From: Paraglomus brasilianum
Taxonomy: Eukaryota
DNA length: 54,632 nucleotides
Direction of reading: 5' to 3'
Assembly: GCA_910592345.1 (NCBI GenBank)
Contig: CAJVPI010000097.1
Span: 1-54,632, forward strand
Part shown: positions 29,510 through 39,081 of the stretch, in pieces
Position numbering within the stretch: the first letter of the stretch is position 1
Layout of the letters: every line of letters starts with the position of its first letter
Made by a program: the position numbers and the translations under genes
The notes under the pieces: model-generated
What the model saw: only the letters and a program-made list of their open reading frames with translations
What the model was told of the DNA's origin: nothing
Database searches by the model: none

Positions 29510-31490
29510 GTAAACTAGCGAGTATGCGGTACATTGTAAAATAGCGGCAGTAGAAATTATTGCAGAAAGTAGATTACAGCTTAGCTAACTCTCTGGACTA
29601 ATTCTAACCTTAACGAAAGCTAGTGGTAGTAGCAAATTTGATTAATCGACCTTGCTATTAACAAGTAATGGGGGGGAGACGTAATATAGGCCGATTCTCA
29701 CCACATCCAGGATTATTTTTGACAGGATCGGCGTGACAAAAAACTTTAGCTATGAGTAACTATAAAGGGCTTCTCGGCTGAGCAACGAGCTAATCTCGAA
29801 GTCAACTAGTTAATCGTTCTCCCGCATTAGCTATACGACAAAGGATCACTATATCTGCCCGTATCATGTTTCCAAGGCGCGGTCTCAATGTCACATTTTA
29901 TATAATAGAATGTCAACGGGAATGTAGTGTCCTGACAGAAGTGAGTGATCACCCTGAAATTTTGCTGACTGAACGCTAGAAGCAGATTTGACTGGTTAAC
30001 GGGATGAGACACAAGATTAAAAGGGAAGATGGTAATGCCTGAAAATTCGAAGCTAAATTCTTAGCGATTGCTTCTACGCTATAAACAGTGACGTATTCCG
30101 ACGACGGTACCGCAGCAATCAATCCGATCGGCAGTAACACCAGAATTTGCAACAGTGGTACAAGCAAGCATCTGCAGTACAGTGGATTCTCCCCAAGTGC
30201 ATGATCCCTAAGTGCATTATCTCTCTAAGTGCAGGAAATAATCTGGTCCATGTTGGGACCTATGAGATAAGTGCAGGTTCTCCCTATTCTATAAGTGCAT
30301 GACATTTGTTGGCCCCTTATATGTAAAAATGTTCCCTAAGTGCATTTCCGTTTAAGTACTGCATTATTACTCTTTAATCTCTACAAAAATTAAAAGAACT
30401 ACATTAACAAACAAGCAAAAATTGCTTGTTCTCAAGTACAAAGACAGTAACCCTAATGCTACCCGTGTAGATGTTGCTCAGTGGGTTAATATTAAGGCAA
30501 TATAGACATATAGACATCAACCCAATGACTACACACAGTGAAGCACTGAAGGCATTAGACATTGTTTTTTACAACAAAGTCAAGATACTGTATGTCAGAA
30601 TATATCGGCACGATTTCAAAAATCACCAAGATGGTGAGAAATCTGCAAGTTACATCGTTTCAGCAGACTAACCTTGAACAGTTTTTCAACTCTAATACTC
30701 TTGATAAAGAATTCCGGTAAATGTTTTGAGTATTTACCGCTTTTTGCAACATCTGTTGTTTAAGAATAAAACCAATATAGTAGCAAATAAAGTATACAAA
30801 TATACCCACGTGAATTCAATATTACTGGTTCTCCCTAAGTGTAGGTTTCTCTCTAAGTGCATTGGCTTTGGTCCCAACGACCTGCACTTATACTTAGGGA
30901 GAGTCCACTGTATTAATAATAATGGAAAAATAATTAGCAGCGTACATCAGCGATAGTAAAAGTAAAGACGTATACTGAGAATAATAGTTAAATAATTAGT
31001 AATAGCTGCTAAAATAGGTCAATTAGTCGCTCGAAAGATATACAAGCAGCATAGATCTCAGCTAGATGGCAGTTCCTTAAATTACTCTGAACTTATATTA
31101 TTGACACCCTATTCTCTAAATTAGTTGATATATCTGAGAAACCGCTAATCCAAGAATAGTCGCCTCTTGTCCTGCGATTATCTGAGTGGCGAGTTACGAT
31201 ATTTAATTGTTATTTAGAAACGCGTTTATTCTTAATCATATACTAGTGTACCCCCAAGGGAGGCTATCGACTTAATCCCACGACAGAGTTACTCGAGTAC
31301 AATTATAATATCCAGGATTAGTGTCACTCTACGATCGTAAATGCAAAGCCTTGATTGGACAAGGTCGCTAACTGTAATCCGAGATTTAACTAGAGAAGGA
31401 GGCCACGCTCCGTCGAAACTAGCTAAGCCGTGATAGTCGGTACGATATCTTCCTCGATTGTTGACTCGACAACTTTATATAATAAAAAAT
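29510..31490 (+). mobile_element. Degenerate RLE-type (R2/NeSL/Hero-like) non-LTR retrotransposon 3' part, interrupted by a DNA transposon
   Basis: Motifs appear in the expected order. LPH*LYDKGSLYLPVS..(G)GLNV at ~29816-29892 resembles the post-RT LYLP..GGLG motif. After removing 30180-30910 and one TA, the frame runs HQNLQQWYKQASAV|LIIMEK... NHILVYPQGRLST*SHDRV at 31234-31290 resembles the zinc-knuckle HIL..C..QGR.TW.HD.V. RYDI at 31438-31449 resembles RLE R-PD-I. Many stops; boundaries approximate. Confidence 0.55.
30180..30910 (+). mobile_element. Non-autonomous pogo/Tigger (Tc1-mariner superfamily) deletion derivative, 731 bp
   Basis: TA TSD at 30178-79 and 30911-12. Terminal inverted repeats (TIRs) CAGTGGATTCTCCCCAAG and CTTAGGGAGAGTCCACTG (2 mismatches). 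About 8 subterminal (CTCCCT)AAGTGCA repeats. Internal frameshifted remnant TTHSEALKALDIV...QQTNLEQFF (~30525-30687) resembles the C-terminal tail of fungal pogo/Tigger transposases. Confidence 0.88.
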
Positions 31491-31873
31491 TGGATATTGT
31501 CGAAATCTAAACCAAATTGTCAGAAATTTTGTGATTATATATTTTGAACACGACAAATTTTTTGCATTATGCCTAAATTTTTAACATAAATTTTCATCTT
31601 TGAATGTAAGCATTTATTTTTCGTTCAATATTTATACAGCGACAAGTACGCACGTACTGAGATATTGTAAACAAATTTACTTATTGTGCCATGGCCGGTT
31701 GCATTAGTAAAAAAATTACTTCACATATTACATATTGGCTCTTTTAGCAAATTTCAGGATGATTACTCACTTTTGTTATAACCAACGAAATATTATCCCC
31801 AAGAGCTGACCATATACGAATCTTTTTTTGCAAGCAATCTTAAATTTATTGGCCCTTTCATTTCTGCTGAGAA

Positions 31874-34800
31874 TCATGCTAAAATATCAAACTTTACAGG
31901 GTAGCAAACATTACTTGTAGTGTTTCTTAATAGTATAAGATTTTTGACTTCTCTCTTCTCTCTGTTTTGAGGTAATAGTTAATTAGAAGCAGAATGAGAT
32001 TATCATTTAAGGTATCACGACAGGTTCTTCACTCACTTTAGCTGTATTTTGAAAACTTCTAATATCCCGGATAAAGTGCAACACCCAATCCCAAATCCCT
32101 GTCCTCGGGCAAATGAATATTGCCCTGATGTAAGATATCCGATTATCTCATTCTTTGGAGGAACAGTCGGTTGATTTTGAGACTTTATACAAACCAAATG
32201 TCATTATTGGTTGGTTTAGTGTTGCTAAATAGTTAATAACAAACTACTCACTTGAGATTCATCTTGCCGACGTCTTTTCGCACTTAAATTCTTACAGACT
32301 ATTCCATAATTTCTTTGTTCAAGTCGGTATAGAATTGCACATCTTTGAGGAATACCTTGATCTGACATCGTTATCTTTACACGTACCAGTGCTTTAGATA
32401 AATCCAACTTGAAATTGAAGTTAGATCCTCTACCTTCCATATACTTCTGTATTCTCTCTTTACATTTTTCTTTTAATTCCTCAATATTATTGGCATCATT
32501 TTTTACTATATCAACAAGTTTTGATCCCTGCAATAGCCATAACCCCCCATCTTTATCATGCTTCTCGTTTTGTTCAGCTGAATCAGTTTCCTCATTAACC
32601 AATCTTTCAAATGATGGTATGAACGGTTCTTCTATCTCAAGTTTCTCATAATTAACCCTTTTAGCTGGCGGTTTCTTATTATATTCATTCTCCAAACTTT
32701 TCTTCTCTTTTATCTGATATTCTCGGTACGCTTTGCATCCAGGAAAATCATAAGGAAAGCAGGATTGGCCACATTCAAAATGCTGGTTTTTTCTTTCTCT
32801 TAATCCACCAACCCATGCTCCAGCAAACACGAAAGATTTCCAAAACGGCATTCCCCAGCGAGATGGAACGATCACAGTCCAGCCATTAATAAACTCTTGA
32901 GAAGGATAATGCGCAAGAGATGGAGAACTGCGAGTGATTAAGAGAATAGGAATCTTACTATCTTCAGGAAAGGGCGTAAGTTTACGGCCAGGGATCAAAA
33001 ACTAACAAAGAGAAGCATCAATGAAATAAGTTACTGACACATAGAGACAGAGGTAAACCCAAAACATTGAAGGGTATAGTTTTGTCTAGGCGGTCATGTA
33101 CAACTTCAGGGTAGTCACGTGGCAATATAAATTAAAATGGGATCGGAATTTACGACGCTGAGAGCTCAATTTCAAGCAGACGAACGAACAAACAAACAAA
33201 CAAACAAACAAGCAAATGCTGCTACAATAGGCACATACCTTTTGTCGACGTTTGTCAAGGTCCCCATCAGAAACCTTATTTGTGGCCAGATTTTGAAGTA
33301 TTACATCGTCCCAAATGTCCGATTGCATAACCATTTCGGGCCAATGAAGAAGAATCTCGTGCATTTCCTCTTCGGCTTCTTTTTCTATAATATTTGTCCT
33401 CGAATTTACTTTCTTTGGAAATCTAACACATTGAGAGCATGTCAGAGCATGTTGCATCAATATTTGTTATAGAATAAAAAGTAAAAAACTTAAACTTGAC
33501 TTACTGTAGTCGAGGATCATGCACAGTCAAACCTAGAACGACTCCGGGAGGTAAAGAGGCGGGTGTTCGCAAATCTCTAAACGCGCGCCAAGTCTGCAAT
33601 GAGATTAAAAATTTTGGTTATATCGCATGTTTGTCAAACAGCTTGTCAAAAGGCTTATATACTTTATGTGCGTCAGCGTTGATCTGAACACCCTTCGTTG
33701 TCGTATCTTCCGTCATATCATTGGGAGCGTCATTACTTGTACATTCTCTTTCATCGACAAGATCTAAAACTGTTTGCAATAATGCAGTCGATCTTGGACC
33801 AGCCAACTCAAACATAAGAAAGTCTGACTGTCGAATATTGATGTTTACTGTTGTATGGAAACAAAAAATTCGTGATTATTCTCAATTCGCGTAGAGTGAA
33901 CAAAAATGTCGTACATATTCTCCAATACCAACGTTCATGATCTATGGATATCTCTTTCTTCGCTTCTTGGAGGACGTCAAACACTTCATCAAATGCCGAC
34001 GCGTGCACCCACATTAGCATGCTTCGAATCTGACTATTCGTGTCTGTGACAGGCTTCCACAGCAAGTGAACAGGTGAAATGAGATGCATTGGATATCCTT
34101 TGTACGCGTACATGTACGTCGAGCAATACCTTTTTCCCGAGCGATACCTTTACGAAGATAAACCGTCAATATTTTGATTCTCATGCGCTATATATATATT
34201 TGACGCTGTCTTAATAATACCAAGGGCATTCTTTTATTATAGAAGGTTTCTTCTAGGGCAACGGGCAAACACTATACCTTTCGCTCATGATCCAGTTTTC
34301 GCACGGATTCAAGACGAACTTGAGTACGTCAGTTATACTTTGCTCGAAGCCGTCAATGCGTATCCAGCCAAAGTAAGACGCGTCGTGAATCATGGAAAGA
34401 TGAGAACTTGCACGATATGATGACTTGATACTCTTTTCACATGGATGATCTGCCTTTATGGTTACGGATGGTAATTTTGCGAGGAATGTTGTGCATTTGA
34501 ATAAGAGGAGCATATAGACAAAAAACCATTAAACTATATATCAATATTACCAGTCTGAATCCCCAAAGTTCGGTCATTTTCATTCTTTTCGCGTGCCATA
34601 TATGGGTTTCGAGCCATTTCTTTGTAGCTTGAAAACGTAAAGGTTTTGATGTAATGTTTGAATTTAATAGCGATCAGCGCTCAGGTATCAAATTACCTTG
34701 TCGACGCGTATATTCTTGGATTTTATTCTTTTGTCTTCTTCGTACACGCCTTGTCTGCTCCTTCGCATTGTTTTTTTTATCCTGTGCCTAAAATCATCTA

Positions 34801-35506
34801 CATGTCAATATCTTGACAAAAATCACGATCGTAATCGATAATACAACGTTGCCATATTTAGTCACCTCATACTTGGCCCTGGCTCTTAAACGAATCGGCA
34901 GTCTTTTCACATTATGACTCGCAGCTCGACGTCGGAGACGACGAGGGAGCAACTGTGATGCATTTGAGTTACGACCTTGCCTATTTTAAAATGATCGAGT
35001 GATCGTAGTTTTGTTGAACCCTTAATAAAGAGATGAGAACATCAAATTTTAACCTACTCAGCGCGTTTCAAAGCATCGTTCATAGCACTAATTTCAAAAG
35101 CACGCGCCTAAAGTCGTCTAGTTAGAACTTATGTCTTTGGGGGGGGGATACAATACTGATACTCAAGTGTAAACGAACCTCCGCAAAGTCTACTACATCA
35201 ATCGTTCTCGGTGCTTGACTAAATACTAAGCAAAGTAAAGCTTGGGATAAGGCTCGAAGTAATATTTAGATGCTGTCTACAAGACTAACTTTACCTGCAG
35301 AGCTGTCGTCAGTAGCCTTGGCTTGTGTTTCAATAGCTCGGCGAGCTTGTATTTTAGCTGAATAAATGTAAGTTGTATATGTGAGCACAAAAACTTGCTA
35401 GGCGTAAGATCAACCTGCCTGCAGTCTAAGTCTAACCTTTCTTTCTTTCCTGTGTTGCGAGAGATGACTCGTCACTCTTCCTTTTCCCTTGAACCGGCGT
35501 GCTCAT
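31874..35506 (-). CDS. POP1: RNase P/MRP subunit Pop1, multi-exon
   Basis: FAEARAFEI; R-box RRRAASHNVKRLP; W-box KWLETHIWHAKRMKM; HDASYFG; FELAGPRS; GWTVIVPSRWGMPFWKSFVFAGAWVGGLRE...FPYDFP...KPPAKRVNY; IGYLTSGQYSFARGQGFGIG. Confidence 0.95.
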
Positions 35507-35631
35507 ATCTTTGTATATATTCAAACTTAAAAGTCAACTTCGCGGATTTCCTTATACCAAATAGTCGAAAGACTTTTTTGTGTCTGCGTTAATAATTTAT
35601 TTCGCATCAAGGCACAATTGTGTAGTGATTA

Positions 35632-36468
35632 TCTATAAAAAAATTGGACTTCTGCACGGTCGCATATTTGTACGACTCTATTGCATACAATGTAACGCAG
35701 AAGAGCATATGCCTCGCACAAAGCGATTACATTATGAAAAATAAAATAATTTCTCAAAATTATAGTTGAGTAGCTTTGCTTTCTCTTACCACCCCATCTT
35801 CACAAATTACTCGATATTATCTTCACAATTTACTTTGCATAAAATTTTTATTTCTGCCAAGAAATTTTGACAAGTTATGGGTAATAGTAATGATGAAACC
35901 TTTAACGAACAACGACGTAAATTAAGAAGAAGAGAGGGTCCAACGCGAATTTTGCCCTTTGTACTTAAACGCCGTCAGTTTCCCATACAACCTGCTTTTG
36001 CTATGATCATCAATAAGGCACAAGGTCAAACTTTGAATTATGTGGGAGTTTATTTGCCGACTCCAGTATTTTCTCATGGCCAACTTTACGTTGCTTGCTC
36101 TAGGACTACGGCTAGACAAAACCTCAAGATTCTAATAAGAGGCCGGCATGCCGAAGCGGAATATACGCGGAACATCGTATATCCGGAGGTGTTACAATAG
36201 ATGTAGACTGCGTTTAGAAACATTAGGATGGATATCTCAGAGCGAAATTAAGCAGTTCTATTTAAAATTAGAATTTGCGACTTCGCCATTAAGACTTGAT
36301 ATTTAACCGAATAATAAATTTAAGTTTTACGTTAAATGATTATTATAATGTTTAATGTCATAGTTATGCTCTGTATAACTTTACGATAAAAATATAAATT
36401 ACGCGTATGTTCGATTCATTGACAGTTACGCAGTTAGACCGTCAGCGAAGCGACGGGTTACAAGCTCG
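35632..36468 (+). mobile_element. Short non-autonomous Helitron (~837 bp)
   Basis: 5' end A|TCTATAAAA at 35631/35632. Internal PIF1-helicase C-terminus. 3' hairpin CCGTC(A)GC-GAA-GCGACGG at 36439-36456, then CTCG|T (variant of CTRR) at 36465-36469. Inserted between A and T with no TSD. Confidence 0.75.
35877..36200 (+). CDS. Helitron RepHel remnant ORF (PIF1-like helicase motifs V-VI), 107 aa
   Basis: [51 protein letters not shown]...[10 protein letters not shown] is the classic Helitron helicase C-terminus. Confidence 0.85.
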   Translation: MGNSNDETFNEQRRKLRRREGPTRILPFVLKRRQFPIQPAFAMIINKAQGQTLNYVGVYLPTPVFSHGQLYVACSRTTARQNLKILIRGRHAEAEYTRNIVYPEVLQ

Positions 36469-36491
36469 TTATAATTATAATTATTGTCGTC

Positions 36492-36579
36492 AGATTATCT
36501 CTTGTGCATTAATTTAGTGTTACTTTAATCGTGAGATTATCTCTTGTGTATTAATTTAGTGTAACTTTAATGTGAGATT
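36492..36579. repeat. ~42-bp imperfect tandem duplication upstream of the carrier gene
   Basis: AGATTATCTCTTGTG(C/T)ATTAATTTAGTGT(T/A)ACTTTAAT(C)GTG x2, plus AGATT. Confidence 0.9.
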
Positions 36580-36627
36580 GCCATTAATTCCTTTTTTTCG
36601 ACACCTTGTACTTTATCTGAAGCTATC

Positions 36628-38480
36628 ATGTCTGATCATGTAGCCCATGCCCTTGCTGGTAGGCAAAATACGTATTCAAATTGCATTATAATAGGGTTAC
36701 TAGAACAATAATTGTTTTATAGGTGTCGGAGGAGGTGTCATTTCAATGTCCTTGACATACCCATTGGTTACTATAAGTTCACGACTACAAGTACAGAAAG
36801 ACTCAAACAGTAAAAGAGCATATAAAGTACGTTTTTGTTTGTGGGATAATTCGTTCGATGTTGACAATCGCTTTCAACTCATTAGCCGTTTCAATCTGAA
36901 ATTTTCTACATAGAATGGACGAGATGCACTTCGCAAGATTTACAAAGACGAAGGCGTCCAGGGATTATACTCGTACGTTCTATCGTATTGTTGTTACTCT
37001 TGACTTTTAATTATATGCTTAAATACTTTACATTATTTACAGCGGTCTTAATTCAGCTGTTTTCGGCATTGCGCTAACGAATGGTTAGCATTAATCAGTA
37101 CCTGAATGTATAAGTAGTCCTTATGACGAATGAATTCCATGCTTATTTAACTTTTTATTTTGACAAGTATATGCCGTTCTCTTGTTCTCATATTCTTGGC
37201 TATCTCAGGCATATATTATTACTTCTATGAATGGACTAAGGACAGATTCAAGAAGCTTTCAAAAACCAACAGACCAATTAGTATATTTGAATCAATGACT
37301 GCTAGCGCAATAGCTGGTGCCTTTACTGTAATCATTACTAACCCTGTTTGGGTTGTCAATGTACGTATACGTATCATATAAACATAGAAAGGTTTGTTTA
37401 ATCATTGTATTAAGGCGTTATTGTTCTCCTTTTACTCTCCTCTTCCACTTTTAGACGAGAATAACAACTCGCAAGGAGTCCCTTGATGCTGATCCCTCAA
37501 CCTCATCACCAGCCGCTAAATCGAAACCACCTGGAACCATTGAAACCGTATTGAGAATTCTTCACAATGACGGAATCTCGGCCTTCTGGCAGGGGGTTAT
37601 TCCAGCTTTGATTCTGGTTATAAACCCCATCATTCAGTATACCGTATTTGAACAATTGAAGACCCATTGGAGGAAATTTAAGAAATTGGGAAATTTCGAC
37701 TTTTTTCTATTAGGGGCTATTAGCAAACTGGCTGCAACTGGGTTGACATACCCTTATATGTAAGTGCTATATATATTGCAGTCATGGAACATGTCTCTGG
37801 TTTTGTTTTTTTTTGGGGGGGCGCAACTCTGTCATTTGAGCTGGGCAAGTTCGAGGATTCAGCTGTTTGCTTACATTGAATTAGACCCTGTTGCCCTGAC
37901 ACTATAAGTTCAGAACCCTTGTTTCGGTTGACGTTTAATTATACAAATTTATTCAGACTGGAGATTTGCTTTTTCATTCGAGAATTACAACGTTTTGGTT
38001 AATTCTTTAATCCGGCTAGCTTGTCTAGAGTAAAATGTTTATTATCTATAAGAAAGATTCTAGGTGGGGGGTCAAATCGGGAAACTTGAATTTGTCCAAG
38101 GTTATGAAACTGCTTAATATCAGATAGTTGATCATCTCACTTTAATAGTCATTGGTAGAAGACGTGTTCCGTGACGATAAACGTAGTGATGGGTTAGAAT
38201 ACTTGATCCTTACTTACAATCTCTTCACTGATTATTTAGTGTCGTTAAATCTCGCATGCAATTACGACAAGACGATGCAACTGCCCGGTATAGGTCTACT
38301 TTACATGCACTACGTGAAATCTATATTCATGAAGGAATTTCTGGACTATATAAAGGCATTACATCCAAACTTCTTCAATCAGTATTGACAGCCGCATTCT
38401 TGTTCATGTGTAAGGAAGCTTTGTTCGAGTTTACTGTTAACCTTCTTACAAAGATTCGAGCAAGGAAAATAACTAATTAA
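36628..38480 (+). CDS. Peroxisomal mitochondrial-carrier-family transporter (PMP47/PMP34, SLC25A17-like), multi-exon
   Basis: MSDHVAHALAGVGGGVISMSLTYPLVTISSRLQVQ; GIYYYFYEW; ITNPVWVVNTR; LVINPIIQYTVFEQLK; SKLAATGLTYPYI.VKSRMQ; GLYKGITSKLLQSVLTAAFLF. Three carrier repeats. Confidence 0.9.
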
Positions 38481-39081
38481 AACAGATAAATTTTTGGTCA
38501 TGAGGGGATACACGTAAAAGCTTAACGTATTATTATCACTACCACGTGTTTCCCAATTAAAGGATATTCACTCCCAGCAACACGATCGCAATTTCTTATC
38601 TTTGCGAAACTCCGATCGTGGCGGTTTTGGGAATTTTGCATTTAAATGAATAGAATACGTACATGTCCCATTTTTATTTTGCAAGACAGGGTTGAACACG
38701 TGAAGCAGTCGGGTTTGTAACGCAACTGTATCCCCAATGTGGCAATATTACAGAATCCTCAGATTAGTCGTTGAAAGGCCATATTAATATTTCACGAAAG
38801 TAGATGACAAGTGTTGTGATTACCATCGGTGACGTATATATTATTTTTTTTAAATATACCAAAATATCTATCAACATCAGTGTTGACATAATTTGATTGT
38901 CCGCGTTCACTATCAACTCATGCAAGTTGCTACTATCAATAATGATAACTATCTACGTTCGTTCGAGAGTCATGCGATTTGATGTATATCGCATCTATAT
39001 CTGGGTCTGCCCACTTTGCATAGCCAACTATAACTATGAGACTTCTGCAGGCATATATACAAATGAGTTCCAAAAACACAT

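Noticed and set aside
29827..30167. Two minus-strand ORFs, one hydrophobic
   Set aside because: Antisense to the decayed retrotransposon frame, with no independent motifs.
30180..30350. Spaced AAGTGCA repeats resembling a CRISPR-like array
   Set aside because: Repeats are short and irregularly spaced, lie inside a TA-flanked TIR element in a eukaryote, and have no cas genes nearby.
30913..31490. Stop-codon reassignment (TAA/TAG = Gln) as the cause of in-frame stops
   Set aside because: Neighbouring genes end normally at TAA/TAG and have no internal stops, so mutation explains it better.
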